The notes beneath the pieces were generated by a model. The model ran no database searches. It had not been told where the DNA came from and saw only the letters and a list, made by a program, of their open reading frames with translations. The position numbers and the translations under genes are program-made. Of a DNA stretch of 64,000 nucleotides, positions 35,560 through 45,012 are shown piece after piece (within the stretch, counting starts at the first letter, position 1; each line of letters opens with the position of its first letter). The stretch comes from a virus (taxonomy: Duplodnaviria; Caudoviricetes), in IMG/VR virus record IMGVR_UViG_3300011339_000278, positions 6,743 through 70,742 of that record, one strand, 5' to 3'.

Positions 35560-35787
35560 ATGGGAAAAAATGAAAAGACCCCTGTGAATATTGACGGCGT
35601 GGAACATCAGTTTGAAGACTTGACACCCCAGCAGCAAGCGCTACTGAATCATGTCGCAGATTTAGATCGCAAACTGGACTCCGCAAGATTTAATGTGGAT
35701 CAGCTCCAAGTAGGAAGAAACGCCTTCTTTGAGTTACTAAAGCAAGCCTTAGCACAGCCAGCTGTGTCTGATGTAGAACCCAAGTAA
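35560..35787 (+). CDS. Small coiled-coil tail-module protein
   Basis: IDG.E...EDLT.QQ..L..H..DLDRK; ATG at 35560 after AAGGA. Confidence 0.7.
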   Translation: MGKNEKTPVNIDGVEHQFEDLTPQQQALLNHVADLDRKLDSARFNVDQLQVGRNAFFELLKQALAQPAVSDVEPK

Positions 35788-35792
35788 TCTAT

Positions 35793-35810
35793 AAAAGGGG
35801 CTTCGGCCCC
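35793..35810 (+). terminator. TTCG hairpin
   Basis: AGGGGC-TTCG-GCCCCT. Confidence 0.55.
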
Positions 35811-35847
35811 TGCCGTTGGGTTACTGGAATGATTTTGAGTTGTACTT

Positions 35848-36348
35848 ATGATTCCAATAGATCCGGTCACGGCGTTAGAAGGCTTGCAAAAAGCCATAGG
35901 ACTTGTCAAGAAGGCAAGCCAAGTTGCCAATGATTTAGGCGGCTTGGGGGTTATGGTCGGTCGGCTCTTTGATGCCAAGAGTCAGGCTACCAAAGCGATG
36001 GTTGAGGCCAAGCGGTCGGGCAATAAGTCCAACTTTGCTTTGGCAATGCAGATAGAAAATGCGTTGATGAATACGGCCAAACTGGAGGCCGAGCTTCAAA
36101 TGCTCTATATGCAGACTGGTCACATAGACGTCTGGAACAAGATCAAAGCCAGAGCCGCTGAGATGGACAGGGATGATGCCATAGCCGCAAGGCAGGCCAA
36201 GGAAGAAGAGAAGCGCCGCAAAGAAGCCGAGCAAGAGCAGATGGAATGGGCAGTAGGTATTGTGGTGATCGTGATGCTCCTTGGCGCAATTGGCTGGGGT
36301 ATTAACGAAATGGCCGAACTGTGCGCTAAGTCAAGGTGTGGGCGGTGA
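35848..36348 (+). CDS. Coiled-coil protein with C-terminal TM helix
   Basis: MIPIDPVT...; WAVGIVVIVMLLGAIGWG. Confidence 0.7.
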   Translation: MIPIDPVTALEGLQKAIGLVKKASQVANDLGGLGVMVGRLFDAKSQATKAMVEAKRSGNKSNFALAMQIENALMNTAKLEAELQMLYMQTGHIDVWNKIKARAAEMDRDDAIAARQAKEEEKRRKEAEQEQMEWAVGIVVIVMLLGAIGWGINEMAELCAKSRCGR

Positions 36349-36494
36349 ATGAGTACCAGAAACAGTTTGATATGTTTCTCAAAGTCTTTGTCAGGCTGTG
36401 CGTGGCGTGGTGGGTGCTTGGCTTGCTCCAGTACCTTCCAGACGAGTTGGCGGGAAAGATTGTGGATAAACTTCTTGGAATGATTGGACTTTAA
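36345..36494 (+). CDS. Small membrane protein (not in ORF track)
   Basis: GTGA overlap; MNEYQKQFDMFLKVFVRLCVAWWVLGLLQYLPDELAGKIVDKLLGMIGL. Confidence 0.55.
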   Translation: MNEYQKQFDMFLKVFVRLCVAWWVLGLLQYLPDELAGKIVDKLLGMIGL

Positions 36495-37010
36495 ATGCTG
36501 ACACTACTCTCAACCTTGATCTCATTCTTGATGGGCGGCCTGCCAAAGATTCTGGACTTCTTCCAAGATCGAGCAGATAAGAAGCACGAGCTAGACCTAG
36601 CCCAGATGCAGATTACCCGTGAGTTGGAACTGCGTAAAGCGGGCTTTGAAGCTCAAGAACGCATTGAACATATTAAGTCTGAGCAGCTAGAAACAGAAAG
36701 CGCAGCCAACACCAAGCAGATTTTGATCGGTGCTCAACAGGCAGAAATGCAGGCAATCTATGCCCATGACATGAGTTTAAACGAAGGAACCAGCCAGTGG
36801 ATGAAGAACCTTCGTGCTTCTGTTCGTCCAGTTATTACCTACGGTTTCTTCTTCTTGTTGTTTTTTATTGACGTTGGCCTGTTTGCTTACGGCTGGAGCC
36901 GTGGTGTACCGTTTACTGAGCTGGCCGAGATGCTCTGGGATTCTGAAACCCAAGCCTTGTTTGCTTCAATCATTGCTTTCCACTTTGGTGGCCGGGCGTT
37001 TGGCAAATGA
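36495..37010 (+). CDS. Holin (3TM holin-like)
   Basis: N-terminal and two C-terminal hydrophobic helices, LRASVRPVITY, FHFG.R; directly before the endolysin. Confidence 0.75.
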   Translation: MLTLLSTLISFLMGGLPKILDFFQDRADKKHELDLAQMQITRELELRKAGFEAQERIEHIKSEQLETESAANTKQILIGAQQAEMQAIYAHDMSLNEGTSQWMKNLRASVRPVITYGFFFLLFFIDVGLFAYGWSRGVPFTELAEMLWDSETQALFASIIAFHFGGRAFGK

Positions 37011-37483
37011 AGATTTCAGATAAGTGCCTGCACATGATCCGTCACCACGAAGGCGTGAGGCAGAATCCCTATAAATGCCCAGCCAAGCTCTGGACTGTGG
37101 GGGTCGGGCACGTTATGTTCCCAGAGCAGGGAAAGCTCAAGATAGACCAGCGGGACGCTTTTGTGCCGCCCCCAGAGGCTATGCGTAAACACTCAATGGA
37201 GGAAGTAGATGCGATACTTAGGGCAGACCTTGCTAGGTTTGAGAAAGGCGTGGCTACTTATTGTCCTGTGCCTCTTACTCAAGGACAGTTTGATGCGTTG
37301 GTATCATTTGCCTTCAATGTGGGGCTAGGTACTTTGCAGCGTTCAACACTTCGTCAAAAGGTGCTTCGTGGTGACATGGAGGGCGCGGCAGAAGAATTGT
37401 TGAAATATTGCATGGCGGGGGGTAAAATTCTCAAAGGGCTACAGAAACGCCGTATAGACGAGCGGGCCGTGTTTTTATCCTAG
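37007..37483 (+). CDS. Endolysin, phage lysozyme (GH24)
   Basis: E-x8-C-x5-T catalytic triad, QFDALVSF.FNVG, GL..RR..E. Confidence 0.93.
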   Translation: MKISDKCLHMIRHHEGVRQNPYKCPAKLWTVGVGHVMFPEQGKLKIDQRDAFVPPPEAMRKHSMEEVDAILRADLARFEKGVATYCPVPLTQGQFDALVSFAFNVGLGTLQRSTLRQKVLRGDMEGAAEELLKYCMAGGKILKGLQKRRIDERAVFLS

Positions 37484-37491
37484 GATCGCCC

Positions 37492-39615
37492 ATGCCATTA
37501 AAGAAACTAACCCTGAAAGCAGGTGTAAACAAGGAAAACACCCGGTACACATCCGAGAACGGCTGGTATGTTTCCGACAAGATGCGCTTTCGTCAGGGGA
37601 CACCAGAAAAGATCGGTGGTTGGGTTCGTATTTCTACGTCTGTTTTCCAAGGTGTTTGCCGCTCTCTGTGGAACTGGATCACACTGGGTGGGAATAACCT
37701 GATCGGTGTTGGCACTAATCTTAAGTTTTATATTTCCAGTGGCGGTGCGTACTACGACATTACGCCTATCCGTGCATCCGCAGTCATCAACAACAACCCA
37801 TTTGCGCTTACAGCTTCTACGACAGTCACAGTCACCGACACGGCTCATGGCTGCTACACGGGTGACTTTGTAAACTTTAGCGGAGCTACAGATATTGGCG
37901 GTGGTGGCACGAACGTCACTGCCGCAGTGTTAAACCAGAACTTCCAAGTTACTGTTGTTGACGCCAATACTTACACAATTGTTATTTCAGTAACGCCTAA
38001 CGCTACCGCTATTGCTGGCTCACCCGGTGGCGGAGCCACGGTCACTGCGTCTTATGAGATTCATACTGGCCCGGCCTATGCTGTTGCTCTAACCGGTTGG
38101 GGTGGCGGCGCTTGGGGTTCTGGTACTTGGGGTTTTGGTACATCGTCTGTTAATACCATTCAGTTGTGGAGTCAGGCTAACTTTGGTGAAGATCTGATTT
38201 ATGGCCCCAGAGGTGGTGGCATTTATTACTGGACTGCCCAGATTGGTGTATCCAATTCAACCTTCTCCGTCACAATTGCATCTCCTGCTGTTTTAACAAC
38301 CACAGTTTCTCTAAGGGATGGCACTGCGGTCATGCTCAATACGACCGGTGCTTTGCCAACAGGTTTAAACGTCAGCACAGTCTACTATGTGGTTAACAGC
38401 AGCGGTACAACTTGTAACTTGTCTTTGACTTACGGTGGTGCGGCTATTAACACAAGCGGTACTCAGTCTGGAACGCAGAGTCTCTCCCCACGGGGTATCA
38501 ACATTACCAACCTAGGTGATGCGTCTAACTGCCCAGTAATTCAGAACTTTATCTTTGTATCTGACATCAGCCGGTTTGTGTTTGCTTTTGGGTGTAATGA
38601 TCTGGGTAGCACAATCCAAGATCCAATGTTGATCCGCTGGTCAGATCAGGAATCTGTAACTGACTGGACTCCTTCGGCTACTAACCAGTCCGGTAGTATT
38701 CGTTTGTCGCACGGTTCTGAAATCATTACTTGTATTCAGACTCGCCAAGAGATTGTGGTGTTTACAGACTCCGCGCTGTACTCTCTCCAATACCAAGGCC
38801 CACCCGTGGTTTGGTCAACTCAGCTTCTTGGGGACAATATTTCCCTTGCTGGTCAGAACGCAGTTTCGGTTGCATCAGGTGTTATTTACTGGATGGGCGT
38901 AGATAAGTTTTACAAATACGATGGCCGTGTGCAGACACTGCGTTGTGATCTGCGTCAGTACATATTCCAAGACATTAACTTGTCTCAGTGGTCACAGGTC
39001 TTCTCAGGGACTAACGAAGGCTTCAATGAAGTCTGGTGGTTCTATTGCTCGGCTAACTCATTTACCATTGACAGCTACGTTACCTACAACTACCAAGAAG
39101 ATGTGTGGACATACGGCACAATGGCAAGAACTGCGTGGCTTGACTCTGGCTTGCGGGATTACCCACTTGCCGCAACATATTCATACAACCTTGTGAATCA
39201 CGAGCAAGGCAATGACGATAACGAGACCGGCACAACTCTGCCAATTGAAGCCATCATTAGCTCCGCTGAATTTGATATTGATGACGGCGATCACTTTGGT
39301 TTTGTGTGGAGGATGCTCCCAGACATTACGTTCCGTGGCTCTGATACCGCTAACCCACAAGTTGTGATGACGCTCATCCCAATGCAGAACTCAGGCTCTG
39401 GTTATAACAATCCTATTTCCGTGGGCGGTAACTCAGACGCTACAGTGACTCGTACATCTACCTCTGTGATTGAACAGTTTACTGGGCAGGTCTACGTTCG
39501 CGTGCGTGGCCGTCAGATGATTATGCAGGTGTCGTCTAACCAGATTGGCTGTGCGTGGCAGTTGGGTAGCCCCCGTATTGACATCAAACAAGATGGCCGT
39601 AGAGGTAACTCATGA
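37492..39615 (+). CDS. Tail tube/nozzle protein (P22 gp10-like) with two inserted beta domains
   Basis: 707 aa; RF..G.PEKIGGW, IRWSDQE, VYWMG, RGRQ. Confidence 0.75.
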   Translation: MPLKKLTLKAGVNKENTRYTSENGWYVSDKMRFRQGTPEKIGGWVRISTSVFQGVCRSLWNWITLGGNNLIGVGTNLKFYISSGGAYYDITPIRASAVINNNPFALTASTTVTVTDTAHGCYTGDFVNFSGATDIGGGGTNVTAAVLNQNFQVTVVDANTYTIVISVTPNATAIAGSPGGGATVTASYEIHTGPAYAVALTGWGGGAWGSGTWGFGTSSVNTIQLWSQANFGEDLIYGPRGGGIYYWTAQIGVSNSTFSVTIASPAVLTTTVSLRDGTAVMLNTTGALPTGLNVSTVYYVVNSSGTTCNLSLTYGGAAINTSGTQSGTQSLSPRGINITNLGDASNCPVIQNFIFVSDISRFVFAFGCNDLGSTIQDPMLIRWSDQESVTDWTPSATNQSGSIRLSHGSEIITCIQTRQEIVVFTDSALYSLQYQGPPVVWSTQLLGDNISLAGQNAVSVASGVIYWMGVDKFYKYDGRVQTLRCDLRQYIFQDINLSQWSQVFSGTNEGFNEVWWFYCSANSFTIDSYVTYNYQEDVWTYGTMARTAWLDSGLRDYPLAATYSYNLVNHEQGNDDNETGTTLPIEAIISSAEFDIDDGDHFGFVWRMLPDITFRGSDTANPQVVMTLIPMQNSGSGYNNPISVGGNSDATVTRTSTSVIEQFTGQVYVRVRGRQMIMQVSSNQIGCAWQLGSPRIDIKQDGRRGNS

Positions 39616-40487
39616 TTGTTACGTCAGAGTTTGCATTAAATCAGGTTGCCGCGCCTAACCTGCCGTTGGCTCCTGTTCAGTACACACCCCAATATATTGA
39701 TCAGCTTAACAACGTTCTGCGTTTGTATTTCAACAGGCTTGATGCTATTTTGGCGCAGTTGCAAACATCTTCTGGTGGCGCTGGGGTAGAACTACCGTAC
39801 GGGGCGTTTTCGTGTTTTTCTCAGACAACGTTGACAGCTAACATTAATAACGCAGTTACCACTATTCCTGTGGTGTCCACAGCGTCTTTCCCAACCGCAT
39901 CTGTTGCCGAACCTAAAGCTTTCTATATTGGCAATGAAACCATAACGTACACAGGAAAAACAGCTACGTCATTTACAGGATGTGTGCGAGGCGCTTTAGC
40001 TACAACTGCTGCGGCGCATTTGTCTGGGGCGGATGTTGAAGGCAAGCAAATTGCACTAGCACCAGCAACAGGATATGCTTTGTTTTTTAACACAACCGAT
40101 TTCTCAAATGAAGTATCGTTAGTAGATACCACCAAAATGACGGTGGCAAATGCCGGTATTTACAACATGCAGTTTAGCGTTCAAATCGAGAACGAAGATA
40201 ATGCTCCGCAAGATGTTTTTCTTTGGCTGCGTCAAAACGGCACGGACATTATTGGATCCACAGGTAAAGTGGGTATGCCAGCCCGTAAAGCTGTTAATGA
40301 TCCGTCGCATGACATCAAAGGTTGGAACTATTTCCTATCAATGAATGCCGGTGATTACGTGGAAGTGTGGTGGTCTACGGATGGTATTAATGTGACAATC
40401 CCAAACTACGTTGCCACTCCGTTGCCAACTAAACCATCCACAGCGTCTGTTGTAGCCACAATGACATTTGTGTCGGCTTTGCCTTAA
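39612..40487 (+). CDS. Tail-associated protein with inserted beta domain
   Basis: PNLP.AP..Y....QL.N.LRLYF; GIYN.QFS.Q; GDYVE..W. Confidence 0.7.
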   Translation: MIVTSEFALNQVAAPNLPLAPVQYTPQYIDQLNNVLRLYFNRLDAILAQLQTSSGGAGVELPYGAFSCFSQTTLTANINNAVTTIPVVSTASFPTASVAEPKAFYIGNETITYTGKTATSFTGCVRGALATTAAAHLSGADVEGKQIALAPATGYALFFNTTDFSNEVSLVDTTKMTVANAGIYNMQFSVQIENEDNAPQDVFLWLRQNGTDIIGSTGKVGMPARKAVNDPSHDIKGWNYFLSMNAGDYVEVWWSTDGINVTIPNYVATPLPTKPSTASVVATMTFVSALP

Positions 40488-40496
40488 GGATTAAAC

Positions 40497-42539
40497 ATGG
40501 CTATTCGTGAACGCCCAAACAACTTTTTCATGGACTTTGAAGACACTGGCTTTGGCGGTAATGCCATGGAGCAGAACGAAGCGTTGGCAAATATTTTTTA
40601 TCCTCCCGCTCCTACGCCTGTAGCTGCCCCTGTTCCAGTGCCAACACCCACTCCAACACCTGCTTCCGTACAAGAGCCTGATTATTACGCGCAACAGTTT
40701 GCTCCTGATATATTTGCGCCTGTAGCTGCGCCTATCGAAAGAGCTCCTATAGCGCCTCCCGTTGAGATTCCCGTTGAACCTCCTCCTGAACTTTTAGCAC
40801 CCCCTGCTGCGCCTCAACCAGCGCCCGTTGGAAAATCCGCAGAAGCGCCTGCGCCCAAAACTGACTATACAGAAGCATTAACAAAACAAATTCTTGGTCA
40901 AGGTCTAACCAGTAAATGGTCTGGTGAAGGGTATGGCTCGGCTGAAAAGAATGCGGCTGATATGGCTAGAATTCTTGCGGGCATTGGTATCACAGACATT
41001 AAACAATTTGGCCCCATAACTAGAGAAGTAAAAAAGGTTGTTGGGTACGAGGATTGGGGTGATCCAATTTATCAGACTGTAACTGAGCAAACCTTTGGCA
41101 ATAAAGAAACGGGGCAAGCCGTTCCCAACACCTATACAGAGCGCCAGACAGGTAATTTTTTTGGTGGAACTTATGCGGGTAAGGGAAACACTGGCTATGG
41201 CGTCCAGTTTGATGCTCAGGGAAACCCAATTTTCTATACGCAAGGCGCGTCTAGTAGTGATATAGGGAAAATTGCGCCTTTGCTAACACTTGCATCGTTT
41301 GTTCCCGGCCTGCAACCTTTTGCTATGGCTGCTAACGCCGCTATTGCCGCGAAGCAGGGCAACCCACTTGGTGTCATTACTAACCTTGCGGGCATGGGTG
41401 GCCTTGCGGGTGTTAGCGGTATGTCTGATGTTGCCAATGCAGCTAGGTTTGCGGGTGCTGTAAAGAGCGGAGATCCGCTTGCCATGCTATTTTCTGGCGC
41501 TAATTTGGCAGGTGTAAGCGACATTGGTGGCGTTAATCTTAGAGATGCTTCTAAAACTATTGGCGCAATTAAAGCTATCGAGAGTGGCGACCCTTTGGCT
41601 CTGTTACCGTATTTGAGCAGCATAGCGCCAAAAGATAGCGGTTTGAGTCCATCAACAGAACCTCCATCGACAGAACCACCTCTTGACCCAGAAGAGCAAG
41701 CACAACTCATAGAAAATAGACTTAACACAGCTATTAGTCGGTCACAAACTCCTATTGACGAAGAAGACGCAAATACGCAAAGAGCAATCAGTGAACTTGA
41801 AAGTCTTTACGGGCCATCGTCAACTACAAGATCTTTTACTGCTGAACCGCAAATAGAAGAAGCTGATGACTTCTTAAAGTCTATCGGTATCAACACACTA
41901 GATAAGCCATCGGATAGTGGCCTGAGCAACGAAGGAATACTTAACCTAATTAACGCTGACAACGAGATGGTTATCACCGGCAAACGCGATACCGTTGGTC
42001 GTGGTATGTCCGAAGACATTCTCAGGAATCTTGAAAATGCAGGTGAACTCCCCTTACCAACTCCAGAGAAAAAGCTTGAAGAGCTAGTGATAAAGGGAGG
42101 CCGTCCTAAAGAAGAAATGACGGTTCAACAAGAACCTACAGGCGTAGACGAATTTATTAAATCACTGCAACCATACATAGCGCCTGCGCCAGCAGAAAAA
42201 CTTCCTGAGCTAGTGATGACAGGCAACCGAGACAAAACACAGGAGCATGTGTTTGACCCAACGTTTGGTGGTACTTTGCCATTACCGGAGCCAGTCACCG
42301 CAACTCCCCCTGCTGCTACACCTAAAGCACCGGCCAAGGCTCCAACAACCTCCGCACGCCCATCAAGTTCATCCAGTATGGATATGATGGGTTTATTAGC
42401 ACTTTTGTATGGACAGCAAGCTCCAGCGCAACAAGCCCCTATGCAAGACCCTTACGCCCATATAAAATTGATGGAAGATTTGTTCGGGTCAGAGATTGAT
42501 TTAACACCCGCCGGTGAAGACACCGCACGAAGGAAATGA
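40497..42539 (+). CDS. Putative DNA-ejection/internal virion protein
   Basis: Pro-rich linkers, hydrophobic Ala/Gly segment, three E-L/M-V-x-x-G-x-R motifs; position before the giant gene. Confidence 0.65.
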   Translation: MAIRERPNNFFMDFEDTGFGGNAMEQNEALANIFYPPAPTPVAAPVPVPTPTPTPASVQEPDYYAQQFAPDIFAPVAAPIERAPIAPPVEIPVEPPPELLAPPAAPQPAPVGKSAEAPAPKTDYTEALTKQILGQGLTSKWSGEGYGSAEKNAADMARILAGIGITDIKQFGPITREVKKVVGYEDWGDPIYQTVTEQTFGNKETGQAVPNTYTERQTGNFFGGTYAGKGNTGYGVQFDAQGNPIFYTQGASSSDIGKIAPLLTLASFVPGLQPFAMAANAAIAAKQGNPLGVITNLAGMGGLAGVSGMSDVANAARFAGAVKSGDPLAMLFSGANLAGVSDIGGVNLRDASKTIGAIKAIESGDPLALLPYLSSIAPKDSGLSPSTEPPSTEPPLDPEEQAQLIENRLNTAISRSQTPIDEEDANTQRAISELESLYGPSSTTRSFTAEPQIEEADDFLKSIGINTLDKPSDSGLSNEGILNLINADNEMVITGKRDTVGRGMSEDILRNLENAGELPLPTPEKKLEELVIKGGRPKEEMTVQQEPTGVDEFIKSLQPYIAPAPAEKLPELVMTGNRDKTQEHVFDPTFGGTLPLPEPVTATPPAATPKAPAKAPTTSARPSSSSSMDMMGLLALLYGQQAPAQQAPMQDPYAHIKLMEDLFGSEIDLTPAGEDTARRK

Positions 42540-42540
42540 T

Positions 42541-45003
42541 ATGACTTTGGATGATTTAATTAATTTAAATACGTTGCCTAGTTCCGGTGGGGATGATGAA
42601 TCTGTGTTTGACCCAACGTATGGTGGCACGCTTCCCCCAGTTATGGGTGGCGGGGGTGAATCTGTATTTGACCCAACTTATGGTGGAACTCTTCCCGGCA
42701 CTGCTGATGCAGGCGGGCTAAGCGGTATCCTAAGATCTTTATTTGGTGACGGCTCGGGCGGGCTAGACCTCCTTAAACTTGGCGCTTTGGGTGGTGGCGT
42801 AGCGGGTCTGCTTGGCGGAAACAAGTCTTCATCTACACCTTCTGGATACCAAGGCGGTATTCCCCGTTACACCGCAACACGAAACATGGTGAACGCTCCT
42901 ACTGCCGGTCGTCGCCCCGGTGCTGGCGGCACTCGTTACGGTGGTGATGTATCTTTTATGCCTCAAGGTTCAGCTTCCGTAGGTGGCGGGCTAGCTTCTT
43001 TGGTAGGCAGAGGTCTTACTGGCGGTAGTCCCGCAACAGACACAGATGGGTCTTCAGTTGCGTTAAGAGACATGATGAAAGCTGTAAACACGCCCCGAAC
43101 ACCGCGTGAATATGATTACCCTGAACCAGTCCGAGGGAACGAAATGCGTTTGCGCAACCCAGCGGGGCCAGTATTAAACGAAGAATCTTATGCAAAACCC
43201 TACGCAGAAGGTGGCATGACTGAAGGTAGATATTTACAAGGTCAAACTGACGGTATGGCTGATGAAATCCCCGCACAAATTGGTGACGATCAACCTGCCG
43301 CACTAAGCCACGGTGAGTTTGTTATTCCTGCGGATGTTGTATCTCACTTGGGTAACGGCAATTCTGATGCAGGTGCACAAAAGTTGTACAGCATGATGGA
43401 CAAAATCCGTGAGGCTCGTACTGGCACAAAAAAGCAAGGTAAAGAGATCAACCCCGATAGTTTTATGCCCGGCGGTTTAGCTAAAGCTTATGCCAATGGC
43501 GGCGCTGTTCAGCGCTTCCAAACTGGTGGTATTTCTGGTGTTGGTACTGCCGCTAACGCAGGTGTGACTGGCACTGAATCCAACCTGTCTAACTGGGCTG
43601 GTGAGTACGTAACAGACATGCTGGGCAAAGGTCGGGCGCTGTCTGAAATGCCGTATCAAGAATACGGTGGCCCTCTAACGGCTGGTGCTTCACCTCTACA
43701 ACAGCAAGCGTTTGGCACTGCGGCTAATTTATCTGTTCCCGGAAGTATTGGCACTGCCGCTCAAACCGCTGGAGATATTGCCAGTAAAGCCCAAGGCATG
43801 ACGTACACACCTTCTGGCGCTCCACAGTACAACCAACTGAGTGCTGGTAATGTGTCGTCTACGTTCCAAGCGCCTGCGCCTTACCAAGCGGCTACATTCG
43901 GCAATCAGTTCCAAGCGCCTACACAAACAGCTGCAACAAACTTTACCAACCAATTTAAAGCGCCTGATCAGTATAAAAATACTGCCTTTACATCTGGCAC
44001 ATTTGGTGGTGAGCAAGCCCAGCAGTACATGAACCCGTACTTGCAGCAGTCACTTAGCCCACAGTTAGCTGAAGCACGTCGTCAGGCTGATATTACCGAG
44101 CAGCAAAACAAAGCGGCTATGACTAAGGCCGGTGCGTTTGGTGGTGGTAGATCGGCTATTTTGACTGCTGAAGGTCAGCGTAACCTTGGTACTAACTTAG
44201 CCAATATCACAGGCAAGGGTTATGACACAGCGTTCCAAAACGCTATGAGTCAGTACAACGCTGACCAAGCCCGTAACATGCAAGCCCAGCAAGCTTCTGA
44301 GCAATCTAAGCAGTTTGGTGCTGGACAGTCTATGACTGCCGCTCAGATGATGGCCCAGTACGGTATGTCTGCACAGCAAGCTCAAGAGGCGGCTCGTCAG
44401 TTCAACCAACAACAAGCTATGACAGGTGCTCAGTCTGCGGCTCAGTATGGTCTTGCAGGACAGCAAGCTGGTGAAGCCTCCCGTCAATTTGGTGCTAACC
44501 TTGGTCTTCAAGGTGCTACAACTGCTGGCGCACAAGGTCTACAGGCGGCTTTGGCTAATCAACAAGCTGGACTTACTGCTGGTCAAGGCAACATCAACGC
44601 CGCTATGGAAGCGGCTAGACAACAAGAACAGTCACGTCAGTTTGGCGCACAGCAAGGTATGGCAGGACTTAACACAGCTTTGTCAGCGGCTCAAACTCAG
44701 GGCAACTTGGGTATCTCTGGCGCTGATCTTGGACTGCGTAACCTGCAACAGCAACTTGCCGCTGGCCAACAAGAACGTGGTATTGAAGCCGAAGGTATCG
44801 CAGCTGATAAAGCAGCGTTTGAAGAAGCTAGGGCAAACCCCTACAAGATGGTTCAGTTCCAACAATCGTTGCTTAGCGGTTTACCATTGGCTGCGCAGAA
44901 CATTAACACCGCTCAACCTAGTACGTTTGCAAATGTGATGACGGGCGCGGGTAGCGTAGCTAGCTTGTTAAATTCTTTGGGTCTTGGCCCTAAAAAACCA
45001 TAA
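42541..45003 (+). CDS. Putative DNA-ejection/pilot protein
   Basis: Gly-rich N-terminus, DGMAD.IPA...LSHGEFV domain, Gln/Ala-rich RQFGA helical repeats; likely ATG at 42541. Confidence 0.7.
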   Translation: MTLDDLINLNTLPSSGGDDESVFDPTYGGTLPPVMGGGGESVFDPTYGGTLPGTADAGGLSGILRSLFGDGSGGLDLLKLGALGGGVAGLLGGNKSSSTPSGYQGGIPRYTATRNMVNAPTAGRRPGAGGTRYGGDVSFMPQGSASVGGGLASLVGRGLTGGSPATDTDGSSVALRDMMKAVNTPRTPREYDYPEPVRGNEMRLRNPAGPVLNEESYAKPYAEGGMTEGRYLQGQTDGMADEIPAQIGDDQPAALSHGEFVIPADVVSHLGNGNSDAGAQKLYSMMDKIREARTGTKKQGKEINPDSFMPGGLAKAYANGGAVQRFQTGGISGVGTAANAGVTGTESNLSNWAGEYVTDMLGKGRALSEMPYQEYGGPLTAGASPLQQQAFGTAANLSVPGSIGTAAQTAGDIASKAQGMTYTPSGAPQYNQLSAGNVSSTFQAPAPYQAATFGNQFQAPTQTAATNFTNQFKAPDQYKNTAFTSGTFGGEQAQQYMNPYLQQSLSPQLAEARRQADITEQQNKAAMTKAGAFGGGRSAILTAEGQRNLGTNLANITGKGYDTAFQNAMSQYNADQARNMQAQQASEQSKQFGAGQSMTAAQMMAQYGMSAQQAQEAARQFNQQQAMTGAQSAAQYGLAGQQAGEASRQFGANLGLQGATTAGAQGLQAALANQQAGLTAGQGNINAAMEAARQQEQSRQFGAQQGMAGLNTALSAAQTQGNLGISGADLGLRNLQQQLAAGQQERGIEAEGIAADKAAFEEARANPYKMVQFQQSLLSGLPLAAQNINTAQPSTFANVMTGAGSVASLLNSLGLGPKKP

Positions 45004-45012
45004 GGGATTGAT

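Noticed and set aside
44426-44938. 170-aa alternative-frame ORF in the pilot gene
   Set aside because: No RBS; its Leu/Lys/Val-rich composition follows from GCT/CAA codon bias of the main frame.
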